The notes under the pieces: generated by a model
What the model saw: the letters and a program-made list of their open reading frames with translations, nothing else
Told to the model about the DNA's origin: nothing
The model's database searches: none
Assembly (NCBI GenBank): GCA_031459385.1
Contig: JAVKIP010000005.1
Coordinates: 103,216 to 167,215, forward strand
Direction of reading: 5' to 3'
Length of the DNA stretch: 64,000 nucleotides
From: Candidatus Fervidifonticultor secundus
Lineage (GTDB): Bacteria > Sysuimicrobiota > Sysuimicrobiia > Sysuimicrobiales > Humicultoraceae
Translations under genes and position numbers: made by a program
Shown: positions 20,116-29,507 of the stretch, piece after piece
Numbering within the stretch: position 1 is the stretch's first letter
How the letters are laid out: each line of letters begins with the position of its first letter

Positions 20116-22062
20116 TCAGCGGGCCAGCCCGACCGCTAGCAGGACGATCACGCCCAGCGCGATGGCCAGCAGGTAGTTCTGCGCACGGCCGGTCTGCACG
20201 ACCCGCAGCAGGGTCCCCACCGTGCCCACCACGTAGCCGAGCAAATTGACCAGCCCGTCGACAACGTGCAGGTCGATGATGCGGTAGAGTCGGGCCAGCC
20301 CCACGATCCCCAGCCCGATGAGGTTCACCGCGGTGTCGACGATGTAGGTATCGAAGACGCGCAGGGCGCCGGCCGCCCACAGCGTCGTGCGCACGAAGAC
20401 CCAGCCGTACAACTCGTCGACGAAGTACTTCCGGCTCACCAGCACGTACAGCGGGCCCGCGGCCCGCCGCAGGGTCGCAGACGGCACGACCTTCCAGTGG
20501 TAGACGGCGGCCGCGGCCAGCATCCCGACACCGGCGACGCCCAGCGAGGCCAGCGCCAGCGCCGGGTCGAAGGCCGCCGCTTCCACGCCTTCCAGGTGCA
20601 GGAAGCCGTGGAAGGGGTTGCCCAGGGGGGGCGCGCCCACGAATCCGATGACCGCCGAGAAGGCCGCCAGGATCCACAGCGGCCAGGTCATCACGGGCGG
20701 GCTCTCGTGGGGGTGCGCGTCATGCGCCCACCGCGGCGTTCCCGTGAAGACGTAGAAGATCACCCGGAAGACGTAGAAGGCGGTGAAGAACGAGGTCAGG
20801 GCGCCCAGGGCGAACAACGCGGGGCTGCGATGGAGGGCCTCGAGCAGGATCTCGTCCTTGCTCCAGAACCCCGAGAACGGAAAGACGCCAGCGAGCGCCA
20901 GTCCCCCGACAACGAAGGTCCAGTACGTCGACGGCATGAGTTTCGCAAGGCCGCCCATCGCCTTGATGTCGTTGGTGTGCATGGCGTGCAGCACGCTGCC
21001 AGCGGCCAGGAACAGCAGGGCCTTGAAGAAGGCGTGGGTGACCAGGTGGAACATCCCCGCCGTATACCCGCCTGCGCCCAGCCCCAGCATCATCAGGCCG
21101 AGCTGGCTGATGGTCGAATAGGCCAACACCCGCTTCATATCGTCCTGCGTCACGCCCATGGTCGCGGCCATGAGGGCGGTGATGCCGCCGACCCAGGCGA
21201 CCACCTCTAAGGCCTCCCGGCCGGGCGACGACAGGAACAGCGTGAAGGTCCGCGCCACCAGGTAGACGCCGGCGGCCACCATCGTTGCCGCGTGAATCAG
21301 CGCCGAGACGGGGGACGGACCTTCCATCGCATCCGGCAACCAGGTGTGGAGCGGCACCTGGGCCGACTTGCCGACCGCGCCGCCGAAGAGGAGCACGGCG
21401 GCCACGGTGAGCAGCGGCAGCCCGCCCACGGTCCGGCCCTGCAGCGCGCCGTCGCGGACCCTGGCGAAGATCTCCTCGAAGCGGAACGTCCCCAGGGTCG
21501 CGAAGAGCACGAGGATCCCCAGGAACATGAAGAAGTCGCCGACGCGGGTCGTGACGAACGCCTTCAACGATGCCCGCGCCGCCGAGGGCTTTTCGAAGTA
21601 GAACCCGATCAGCAGGTAGGAGCACAACCCCACCAGTTCCCACCCGGCATACAGGAACAGCAGGTTGTTGGCCAGGACCAAGAGGAGCATGGAGAAGCCG
21701 AACAGCGACACGTAGGCGAAGAACCGGGGAAAGCGCGGGTGGCCGTGCATGTAGCCGATGGAGTACACGAAGATGAGCGTGCCGACCACCGTCACCACCA
21801 GCATCATGACCGTGCTGAGCGGGTCGACCCGGAGCCCCAGGTCCAGGGGGACGTCGCCCACCACCATCCACCGGAGGTTCAGCTCCAGCGGCTCGGGTGT
21901 TTGCAGCATCTCGGCAAACACGCCCAGGGCCAGCACACCCGAGAGCGCCATGGCCGCCACGGCCACGTAGGCGCCGCTTCCCGTCAGCCGCCGCCCGAAG
22001 GCGATGATGAGCCCGCACGCCGCCAGCGGGAAGAGCGGAATCAGCCAGGCCAGCTCACGCAT
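20116..22062 (-). CDS. nuoL: NADH-quinone oxidoreductase subunit L
   Basis: GKSAQVPLHTWLPDAMEGP, HAFFKALLFL, long C-terminal amphipathic helix. Confidence 0.96.
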   Translation of the reverse strand: MRELAWLIPLFPLAACGLIIAFGRRLTGSGAYVAVAAMALSGVLALGVFAEMLQTPEPLELNLRWMVVGDVPLDLGLRVDPLSTVMMLVVTVVGTLIFVYSIGYMHGHPRFPRFFAYVSLFGFSMLLLVLANNLLFLYAGWELVGLCSYLLIGFYFEKPSAARASLKAFVTTRVGDFFMFLGILVLFATLGTFRFEEIFARVRDGALQGRTVGGLPLLTVAAVLLFGGAVGKSAQVPLHTWLPDAMEGPSPVSALIHAATMVAAGVYLVARTFTLFLSSPGREALEVVAWVGGITALMAATMGVTQDDMKRVLAYSTISQLGLMMLGLGAGGYTAGMFHLVTHAFFKALLFLAAGSVLHAMHTNDIKAMGGLAKLMPSTYWTFVVGGLALAGVFPFSGFWSKDEILLEALHRSPALFALGALTSFFTAFYVFRVIFYVFTGTPRWAHDAHPHESPPVMTWPLWILAAFSAVIGFVGAPPLGNPFHGFLHLEGVEAAAFDPALALASLGVAGVGMLAAAAVYHWKVVPSATLRRAAGPLYVLVSRKYFVDELYGWVFVRTTLWAAGALRVFDTYIVDTAVNLIGLGIVGLARLYRIIDLHVVDGLVNLLGYVVGTVGTLLRVVQTGRAQNYLLAIALGVIVLLAVGLAR

Positions 22063-22065
22063 CGG

Positions 22066-22377
22066 CTACCACTTCAGCACGTTGATCTGGTCCACATGCA
22101 CGGTCTCCAGGTTGCGGTAGGCGGCCATGACCAGGGCCAGGCCCACCCCGGCCTCGCACGCCGCCAGCGTGATGACCACCAGCGCGAAGACCTGGCCCGA
22201 GAACGCCGCCGGGGCCACGTACTTGTTGAAGGCCACCAGGTTGATATTGGTGGCGTTCAGCATCAGCTCGATACCCATCAGGATGGCCACCGCGTTCCGC
22301 CGGGAGAGCACCGCGTACAGCCCCAGGCAGAACAGCAGGGCGCTCACCACCAGGTAGTGCGACAGCCCGACCTGCAC
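22066..22377 (-). CDS. nuoK: NADH-quinone oxidoreductase subunit K
   Basis: [27 protein letters not shown]. Confidence 0.95.
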   Translation of the reverse strand: MQVGLSHYLVVSALLFCLGLYAVLSRRNAVAILMGIELMLNATNINLVAFNKYVAPAAFSGQVFALVVITLAACEAGVGLALVMAAYRNLETVHVDQINVLKW

Positions 22378-22389
22378 GGTCCGCCTCCG

Positions 22390-22881
22390 CTACCGGTCGC
22401 GCCTGGCGACGATGATGGCCCCTATCAGCGACACCAGGAGCACCAGGCTCGTCACCTCGAAGACCAGCACCGCGCTGGTCAGGAAGGTGGTGCCGATGTG
22501 CCGGGCGGTGTACTGGGGCAGCGTGCCGCCCGGCTGGGGCCATGTCGTGTTCCCCAGCACCCAGATCAGCAGGCCTGCCAGCGCGGCGGCCGCCAGCAGG
22601 CCCAGGGGCCGCTGTCCGCTGGCCTGCCGGACCCGGGTGCCGGTGCCCCCTTCGGTGAGCATGATGACGAACAGAATCAGCACCGTAATGGCACCGGCGT
22701 AGATCAGCACCTGGATGCCAGCGACGAACTCGGCCTGCAGGAGGATGTAGAGGCCGGTGACGCCCAGGAAGGTCGGGACCAGCGAGAGCGCCGCCCGGAC
22801 GATGTTGCCCGAGGTGACCACGACCACCGCCGGTACCAGGGTCACCAGCGCGAGGACGATGAAGGCCGCCAGCTCGCCCAT
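22390..22881 (-). CDS. nuoJ: NADH-quinone oxidoreductase subunit J
   Basis: AEFVAGIQVLIYAGAITVLILFVIML. Confidence 0.95.
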   Translation of the reverse strand: MGELAAFIVLALVTLVPAVVVVTSGNIVRAALSLVPTFLGVTGLYILLQAEFVAGIQVLIYAGAITVLILFVIMLTEGGTGTRVRQASGQRPLGLLAAAALAGLLIWVLGNTTWPQPGGTLPQYTARHIGTTFLTSAVLVFEVTSLVLLVSLIGAIIVARRDR

Positions 22882-22884
22882 GGC

Positions 22885-23856
22885 TCAGAAGCTGATCCGG
22901 TAGCCGGTGATCAGGATCCACACCAGCCCCGCCGGCAGCAGCAGCTTCCACGACAGGTTCAGCAGCTGGTCCAGGCGCAGCCGCGGGTACGTCCAGCGCA
23001 TCCACATCAGGAAGAAGACCACCGCGTACATCTTGAGGAGAAACCAGACGAGCGGCGGCAGCAGGGGGCCCTTCCAGCCGCCGAGGAACAGCGTGGTGGC
23101 CAGGGCCGCCATGGCGAACATCTCCGCGTACTCGCCGAGCTGGAAGAGCGCGAACCGCATGCCCGTGTACTCGGAGAAGTACCCGGCCACCAGCTCCGAC
23201 TCCGCCTCGGGCAGGTCGAAGGGCACCCGGTTGACCTCGGCCGTAGCCGCCACCAGGAAGATGACGAACGCGGGGAACTGGCGGATCGCGAACGAGCCCA
23301 ACCAGCCCTGCTGGGCCTCGACGATCCCCACGGTGGACAGCGTGCCCGCCTCCATGGCCACCGCGATCAGAGCCATCCCCATGGGCAGCTCGTAGCTGAT
23401 CATCTGGGACGCCGACCGCAGGCCGCCCAGCAGCGCGTACTTGTTGTTGGACGCGAACCCGCCCGCCAGGATCCCGATGACGGTCAGGGAGGCCATGGCC
23501 GCGAAGAACAGCACCCCGATGTTGAGGTCGCGCACGATGAGCCCGGGCCCGAACGGGATCACGACCCAGTCCAGCAGCCCGGCCACCGCCACGATGAGCG
23601 GGGCGGTGTTGAAGACGGCCACATCCGCGGCGCGGGGAGTGATGTGCTCCTTCTGGAGGAGCTTGATGGTGTCCGCCACGGTCTGCAGCAACCCCTGGGG
23701 GCCCACGTGCTTGGGCCCCAGGCGCGACTGGATCCATCCGCCGATCTTGCGCTCCAGGAGGACGCCCAGCATCGCGGTCACGACCGCCAGGAACGTGAAG
23801 ACGACCACGGTGAGGCCTGCGGCCTTGGCCACTTCGAGGGGCCAGTTCACCGTCAT
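22885..23856 (-). CDS. nuoH: NADH-quinone oxidoreductase subunit H
   Basis: ERK..QSRLGP, ADTIKLLQKE, NRVPFDLPEAESELVAGY, PRLRLDQ. Confidence 0.96.
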   Translation of the reverse strand: MTVNWPLEVAKAAGLTVVVFTFLAVVTAMLGVLLERKIGGWIQSRLGPKHVGPQGLLQTVADTIKLLQKEHITPRAADVAVFNTAPLIVAVAGLLDWVVIPFGPGLIVRDLNIGVLFFAAMASLTVIGILAGGFASNNKYALLGGLRSASQMISYELPMGMALIAVAMEAGTLSTVGIVEAQQGWLGSFAIRQFPAFVIFLVAATAEVNRVPFDLPEAESELVAGYFSEYTGMRFALFQLGEYAEMFAMAALATTLFLGGWKGPLLPPLVWFLLKMYAVVFFLMWMRWTYPRLRLDQLLNLSWKLLLPAGLVWILITGYRISF

Positions 23857-23884
23857 CGCGCCGCTCCCGGCGCGCGCGCCCGCC

Positions 23885-24244
23885 CTACATCCATTCCAGC
23901 GCGCCCTTCCGCCACGCGTAGGCCAGGCCCACCAGCAGGATGACCAGGAAGATCAGCATCTCCACGAACGCGAACTTCCCCAGCTCCCGGAAGACGATGG
24001 CCCAGGGGTAGAGGTAGATGACCTCGACGTCGAAGATGACGAAGACCAGCCCGAACAGGTAGTAGCGCACGTGGAACTGGGCCCAGGCCTGCCCAAAGGG
24101 CACGACGCCCGACTCGTAGGTCATGGTCTTCTGCGGGTGGGGCATGCGCGGGGCCAGGGCCCACACGATCGCCAGCGGCAGGGCCGCCATAACCAGTCCG
24201 CCGACCGCGAACACCCCGACGTACAGCCAGTCCAGCAGCAGCAT
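23885..24244 (-). CDS. nuoA: NADH-quinone oxidoreductase subunit A
   Basis: [27 protein letters not shown]. Confidence 0.96.
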   Translation of the reverse strand: MLLLDWLYVGVFAVGGLVMAALPLAIVWALAPRMPHPQKTMTYESGVVPFGQAWAQFHVRYYLFGLVFVIFDVEVIYLYPWAIVFRELGKFAFVEMLIFLVILLVGLAYAWRKGALEWM

Positions 24245-24377
24245 TCAGATCCCCCGCGCGCAGTTCACCGCGCGCCGGTGCACCGGAGGTCGGGGCAGGC
24301 GCCCGCAGGCGCGCCGGGGCGGCCTCCGCCTCAGCCGCGGCATCTGTGAGATCTGCGTCAGAAGATCGGGCGAGCCC

Positions 24378-24390
24378 GTCCTGTCAGGAC
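24378..24390. promoter_or_regulatory. Palindrome (candidate operator) in the nuo leader
   Basis: GTCCTG-T-CAGGAC perfect 6-1-6 inverted repeat. Confidence 0.4.
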
Positions 24391-24412
24391 ACGACGCGTC
24401 AGGACCCACGCC

Positions 24413-24441
24413 AGCGTACCGGGTTCGTCACCACGCGTCAA
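24413..24441 (-). promoter_or_regulatory. Sigma70-type promoter of the nuo cluster
   Basis: TTGACG-17 bp-TACGCT. Confidence 0.65.
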
Positions 24442-24528
24442 GAATCCTACGCGGCGGCTGCGCGGCGCGGGGGCCGGCGTCCGGCGCAGCCGATGCGGGG
24501 GCCCGCGTCGGCACGGTGCGGAGCAGCC

Positions 24529-25899
24529 CTAGCGCCGCTGCGCCGTGGCCGGGCGCCGCGCGCGCGAGGGCCGTCGCCGGGGCCGGGGCGGGCGGCCCGT
24601 CGCCGTCACCCAGAGGTCCAGCACGGCGCGTGCCAGGCGCAGGGGGTCGTGGCGCAGCAGTTCCTCCTCGCTCACCAGGGGCGCGCCCACGGCCACCAGC
24701 CCCATCGCCTGGATTTCGGCCAGCGTAGGCGCCACGGGCTGGCTGCCCTCGGCGGCGTACCGCGCCAGCAGCGCACGGTTCTGCGGCGCCCGGGTGTTGA
24801 CGAGCACGTGGGTGAACAGCCCCGGGCCCGTGTGGGCCCAGATCGCCCGCACGTGGTCGGCGGCGGTGAACCCGTCGGTCTCGCCCGGTTGGGTCATGAC
24901 GTTGCAGACGTAGACGCGCAGCCCGCGCGCTGCGCGGATCGCCTCGGCCACGCTCCGAATCAGGAGGTTGGGGATCACGCTGGTGTACAGGCTGCCGGGC
25001 CCCAGCAGGATCAGGTCGGCGTCCGCGATGGCCGCCAGCACGTCGGGCAGCGGCGCGATCTCCGGCGGGCGCAGCCGCACGCGGCGGATGCGCCCGCGCG
25101 CCGCGGTGATCTGCGACTCGCCCTCTACCACCCGCCCGTCGTCCAGCTCGGCCACCAGCACCACGTCGCGCACCGTCGTGGGCAGCACGCGGCCGCGGAT
25201 GTTGAGCACCTTGCTGGTCTCCTTCACGGCCTGCTCCAGGTCGCCGGTGACGCCCACCAGGGAGGCGATAAACAGGTTGCCGAAGGCGTGGCCGTCGAGC
25301 GCGCCGCCCCGGAACCGGTGCTCGAACAGCTGCGTCATGAGCGGCTCGACCTCGGCCAGCGCCACCAGGCAGTCCCGGATGTCGCCGGGCGGGAGCACCC
25401 CCAGCTCGCGCCGCAGCCGACCGGAGGAGCCGCCGTCGTCGAAGACCGTGACCACCGCCGTCAGGTTCGACGAGTACCGCTTGAGGCCGCGCAGCAGCGT
25501 GCTGAGCCCGGTGCCCCCGCCCAGGGCCACGACGCTGATGCCGCGCTGGCGGCGCCGCTGGTCGCGCAGCACCTCCACCAGCGTAGGGCTGCCGCTGGGG
25601 AACAGCACGCGGTCGATGGACCGCAGCGTTCCCCGCAGGCCCAGGAAGGCGATCACCGCGCCGCCGAGTGCGCCCGCAGCCCCCAGCAGCGCGGGGGAGA
25701 AGCCACCGCCGGTGATCCGCTGCAGCCAGTCGGCCAGCCAGAAGACCGCCGCGTCGACCTCAGCCAGGAACTTCACGTTCACCAGCAGCGACACGCCGGC
25801 GCTGAAGACCAGCACGCCGCTCGCGATCACCAGCACCCACCGTTTGATCCCCAGCCCGGGGGCCAGCCACCGGCGCCAGCGTTGCCACTGCGTGGTCAC
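24529..25899 (-). CDS. yvcK: Gluconeogenesis factor YvcK/GlmR family with N-terminal TM extension
   Basis: GGGTGLS, DDGGSSGRLR, PPGDIR, GPGSLYTS, NVMTQPGET; GTG start overlaps the rapZ stop. Confidence 0.93.
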   Translation of the reverse strand: MTTQWQRWRRWLAPGLGIKRWVLVIASGVLVFSAGVSLLVNVKFLAEVDAAVFWLADWLQRITGGGFSPALLGAAGALGGAVIAFLGLRGTLRSIDRVLFPSGSPTLVEVLRDQRRRQRGISVVALGGGTGLSTLLRGLKRYSSNLTAVVTVFDDGGSSGRLRRELGVLPPGDIRDCLVALAEVEPLMTQLFEHRFRGGALDGHAFGNLFIASLVGVTGDLEQAVKETSKVLNIRGRVLPTTVRDVVLVAELDDGRVVEGESQITAARGRIRRVRLRPPEIAPLPDVLAAIADADLILLGPGSLYTSVIPNLLIRSVAEAIRAARGLRVYVCNVMTQPGETDGFTAADHVRAIWAHTGPGLFTHVLVNTRAPQNRALLARYAAEGSQPVAPTLAEIQAMGLVAVGAPLVSEEELLRHDPLRLARAVLDLWVTATGRPPRPRRRPSRARRPATAQRR

Positions 25900-26873
25900 G
25901 CGCCGGTCTCCGCGGGGCGTTCGTCTTTGCGCAGGTCGCGGTGCCGCACGTGGACGCGGCAGCCGCGGGCGCGGAGGTGACGGGCCAGCTCGTCGCCCAG
26001 CACTACCGACCGGTGCCGGCCGCCGGTGCACCCGATGCCGACGGTGAGGTGGTTCTTTCCCTCGGCCAGGAACTGCGGCAGCAGGAAGTCGGTGAACGCG
26101 AACAGCCGGGCCAGGAACTCGCGGGTCTGCGGCTGGCCCAGGACGTAGGCCCGCACCCGCCGGTGCCGGCCAGGCAGCGCCCGGAGCCCCGGCTGGTAGT
26201 GCGGGTTGGGCAGGAAGCGGACATCGAAGATCAGGTCGGCGTCGAGGGGCACGCCGTACTTGTAGCCGAAAGAGACGACGCTGACCTCCAGCGCGCGCTC
26301 CGGCGGCCGGTCGCGCAGGTAGGTCGAGGCGATCTCGTCGCGCAGTTCCTTCCCGGTCAGCGCCGAGGTGTCGATGATCTTGTGGGCCTGCTCCTTCACG
26401 GCCTCCAGGCGGCGCCGCTCGGCCCGGATGCCCTCCAGGACGCTCCCGGCCTGCGCCAGCGGGTGCTTGCGGCGTGTCTCCTTGAAGCGGCGCACCAGGA
26501 CGTCGTCGGCGGCGTCCAGGAACAGGATGTCGTAGCGCAGCCCCGACCGGGTGACCTCGGCGAGCGCCTCGAACAACTCGTCGAAGAACTCGCCCCCGCG
26601 GATGTCGATGACCAGAGCCACCCTACGCACCTTCCCGCCCGAGTGCACCACCAGGTCGGCGAACTTGGGCAGCAGCGCTGGCGGCAGGTTGTCCACGCAG
26701 AAGAAGCCCAGGTCCTCGAAGGCCCGGATGGCCGTGGACTTCCCCGCGCCCGACAGCCCGGTGATGATCACGAAGGAGACGTCGCCCGGCCGGTCGGCGC
26801 GGGCGGTGGGACGCCGGCCGGGGGCGCGCCTACCGGCCGACGAGGTGGCTGAGCGCGGTACTGACGACGGCAA
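25896..26873 (-). CDS. rapZ: RNase adapter RapZ (YvcJ)
   Basis: ITGLSGAGKS, CVDNLP, SFGYKYG, DVRFLPNP, GCTGGRHRSV; start uncertain (TTG 26873 or GTG 26771). Confidence 0.94.
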   Translation of the reverse strand: MPSSVPRSATSSAGRRAPGRRPTARADRPGDVSFVIITGLSGAGKSTAIRAFEDLGFFCVDNLPPALLPKFADLVVHSGGKVRRVALVIDIRGGEFFDELFEALAEVTRSGLRYDILFLDAADDVLVRRFKETRRKHPLAQAGSVLEGIRAERRRLEAVKEQAHKIIDTSALTGKELRDEIASTYLRDRPPERALEVSVVSFGYKYGVPLDADLIFDVRFLPNPHYQPGLRALPGRHRRVRAYVLGQPQTREFLARLFAFTDFLLPQFLAEGKNHLTVGIGCTGGRHRSVVLGDELARHLRARGCRVHVRHRDLRKDERPAETGA

Positions 26874-27171
26874 TGAGGAGCGCTCCCAGGAACGCCGCCG
26901 GGAACGAGTCGATCTGCAGGGGCGTGAACGCTGCCACCACGTAGAGCATCAGGGCGTTGACGACCAGCGTGAACAGCCCCAGGGTCAGGATGTTGATGGG
27001 CAGCGTCAGGATCAGGAAGACCCAGCGGATCGACGCGTTGACGATCCCCAGCACCAGCGCCGCCAGAAGCACGCCGCCGGCATCAGGCACCCGCAGGCCC
27101 GGCACCACGGCCGTGGCCACGGCGATGCCGATGGCGTTGAACACCCACCGCAGCAAGAATCCGCTGAGCAT
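26830..27171 (-). CDS. Phage-holin-like 4TM membrane protein (YvlD/DUF360 family)
   Basis: ILTLPINILTLGLFTLVVNA signature. Confidence 0.88.
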   Translation of the reverse strand: MLSGFLLRWVFNAIGIAVATAVVPGLRVPDAGGVLLAALVLGIVNASIRWVFLILTLPINILTLGLFTLVVNALMLYVVAAFTPLQIDSFPAAFLGALLIAVVSTALSHLVGR

Positions 27172-27399
27172 CGGTCGTTTAGCACCCAGCACCGATCGAC
27201 CACCCCACCGGACGCCCACCCACCGTCCGCGCCCGGGCCGGACAGTGACCTCATTATACCTCTCCTGCCGGAAGGCACGAGGCCGAGCCGGACCAGGCGT
27301 CGGAGGAGGCGGCTGGTGCCCCCATAGTCTGCCAACGTCATGGCGCACGTCGCCCGTGATCGCTCCCAGGCATCGGGACGATCGCAGGCGCCGCCGCTG

Positions 27400-28605
27400 T
27401 CAGCGCAGCGGTGCGCCTGCGTCCACCCAGCGTTGCAAGAGCGCCCGCTCCTCCTCGGTCATGCCGGTGCGGTTGCCGAGGGGCATGGTGCGCTGCTCGA
27501 CGACGCGGACGCGGATGCGCGCCGCCAGCGCCCTGACCTGCCGCGGCGTGTCCAGGCGTACGCCGCCAGCCGGGGCCGGGAATTCGGGGTCGGTGGGCGT
27601 CTCGGAGTGGCAGGCGGCGCAGCGCTGGGCGATAACGGCGCGCACCTGCGCGAAGGACGGTGCCGGCACATCGGGCGCCGGCGTGCCGGGGGAGACCGCG
27701 GGGGCCGGGGCACCCGGAGGCGTGGCGAGCAGCGCCACGCCTACCGCGGCGGCGGCGGCGGCCGCCGCCGCCGCCGCGCGCTGCCGCCCCTCGACCAGCA
27801 TGACGTGTCGGCCCGCCGCGCCCAGCGCGATCAGCAGCGCCAGCACCAGCCAGTTGTGCGGCCCCGCGTAGATCGCCGGGAAGTGGTTGCTGATCATCAG
27901 GAAGATGGCAGGAAACGTCAGGTACGTGTTGTGGGTCGATCGGGTCTTGGCGTGGGCGCCCAGGGCGTGGTCGACGGGCTCGCCCCGGCGCGCCGCCTGC
28001 AGCATCTTCCACTGCGGCGGCAGGATGTGCACCCAGACGTTGGCGGCCATGAGCGTCCCGAGCAGGGCGCCCATGTGGAGGAAGGCGGCGCGGGCGCTGA
28101 ACAGGCGGGTGGCCGCGTACCCCGCGAGCGCCAGCAGGCTCCAGGAGATGACCGCGCCGGCCAGCGGCTGGAGACGCATCGCGCTGCGCCACAGGCCGTC
28201 GTAGACAACCCAGCCCACCACCAGCAGCCCGAGGCCGGCAGCCACCGCCTGCTGCGGCCCGAGCAGGGAGATGCCGGCCTCGACCATGAACGCCTCGGCG
28301 CTGGCGTAGTAGACGACGACCAGGAGCAGGAAGCCGGACAGCCACGTGGTGGTCGCCTCCAGCCAGAACCACCGCAGCCGCGGCGGCAGGCGTCCCGGGA
28401 CCAGCAACCGCTTCTCCAGCTGGTAGTAGCCCCCACCGTGGAGGAGCCAGGTGACGCCGGTCACCTCCCGACGGCCCTGGGGGTCGGGCGCCAGATGGCT
28501 GTCGATCCACATGAACAGGAGGGAATCGCCGATCCACATGATGCCCGCGACCACGTGGATCCAGCGTAGGATCGCGTGCAGCCACTCCTGCCAGAGCGGA
28601 TCCAC
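27400..28605 (-). CDS. puuD: Urate hydroxylase PuuD-like membrane protein with C-terminal cytochrome c
   Basis: RWIHVVAGIMWIG, LHGGGYY, RSTHNTYLT.P..F.MISNH, CAACH heme motif, MPLGNRTGMT. Confidence 0.88.
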   Translation of the reverse strand: MDPLWQEWLHAILRWIHVVAGIMWIGDSLLFMWIDSHLAPDPQGRREVTGVTWLLHGGGYYQLEKRLLVPGRLPPRLRWFWLEATTTWLSGFLLLVVVYYASAEAFMVEAGISLLGPQQAVAAGLGLLVVGWVVYDGLWRSAMRLQPLAGAVISWSLLALAGYAATRLFSARAAFLHMGALLGTLMAANVWVHILPPQWKMLQAARRGEPVDHALGAHAKTRSTHNTYLTFPAIFLMISNHFPAIYAGPHNWLVLALLIALGAAGRHVMLVEGRQRAAAAAAAAAAAVGVALLATPPGAPAPAVSPGTPAPDVPAPSFAQVRAVIAQRCAACHSETPTDPEFPAPAGGVRLDTPRQVRALAARIRVRVVEQRTMPLGNRTGMTEEERALLQRWVDAGAPLR

Positions 28606-28615
28606 GGCGGGCGCG

Positions 28616-29488
28616 TCAGGCCCGCAGCAGGGCCGCCAGCGCGTCGGGCACGCGGCCGGGCAGGTCCACGACCCGGACCCCGGCCGCCTCCAGCGCGGCG
28701 ACTTTCGCCTGGGCCGTGCCCTCGCTACCCGAGATGACCGCGCCGGCGTGCCCCATGCGCTTGCCCGGCGGCGCCGTGCGGCCGGCGATGTACGCCACCA
28801 CCGGCTTGCCCACCCTGGCCCGGATGTACTCGGCCGCCTCTTCCTCGGCGCTACCGCCGATCTCACCCACCAGTACGATCGCCTCGGTCTCGGGATCGTC
28901 GTTGAACAGGGCCACCGCCTCGTGGAACGAGAGGCCCACGACGGGATCGCCGCCCAGCCCCAGCGCGGTGCTCTGACCGATGCCGGCGCGGGTCAGCCCG
29001 GCGACGATCTCGTAGGTCAGCGTGCCGCTGCGCGAGACGAGCCCGACGCCGCCCGGCCGGAACAGGTGGTTGGGCATGATGCCGATCTTGCAGCGCCCCG
29101 GTGAGGTGACGCCGGGGCCGTTGGGCCCGATGACGCGTACGCCCGCGGCGCGCGCCGCCGCGACGATCTGGATCGCATCGTGCACCGGGATGTGCTCGGT
29201 GATGATCACCACCGGATCCAGGCGGGCGGCGATCGCCTCTAGCGCCGCGTCCTTGGCGGCCCGCGCCGGCACGAAGATGCACGACGCCGTGACACCCGTG
29301 CGCTCGACGGCCTCGGCCACCGTGTCGAAGACCGGCACGCCGGCCACCGTCGCCCCGCCCTTGCCGGGCGTCACGCCGGCTGCGACCTGCGTGCCGAACT
29401 CGAGCATCCGCCGGGTGTGGAACGCGCCCTGGTAGCCGGTGACGCCCTGCACCACCACCCGGGTCCGCTCGTCCACCAAAATCGCCAT
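28616..29488 (-). CDS. sucD: Succinyl-CoA synthetase alpha subunit
   Basis: [28 protein letters not shown] phospho-His. Confidence 0.97.
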   Translation of the reverse strand: MAILVDERTRVVVQGVTGYQGAFHTRRMLEFGTQVAAGVTPGKGGATVAGVPVFDTVAEAVERTGVTASCIFVPARAAKDAALEAIAARLDPVVIITEHIPVHDAIQIVAAARAAGVRVIGPNGPGVTSPGRCKIGIMPNHLFRPGGVGLVSRSGTLTYEIVAGLTRAGIGQSTALGLGGDPVVGLSFHEAVALFNDDPETEAIVLVGEIGGSAEEEAAEYIRARVGKPVVAYIAGRTAPPGKRMGHAGAVISGSEGTAQAKVAALEAAGVRVVDLPGRVPDALAALLRA

Positions 29489-29507
29489 CGGGTCCCTCCG
29501 CGCGGTG

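Noticed and set aside
26830..27171. 'Phage holin' and, at 44245-44466, 'excisionase' genes as evidence of a prophage
   Set aside because: Both families are common chromosomal genes; no phage structural or integrase genes are present
27745..27780. (GCG)n(GCC)n palindromic run
   Set aside because: Encodes a poly-Ala stretch inside puuD; not a separate element
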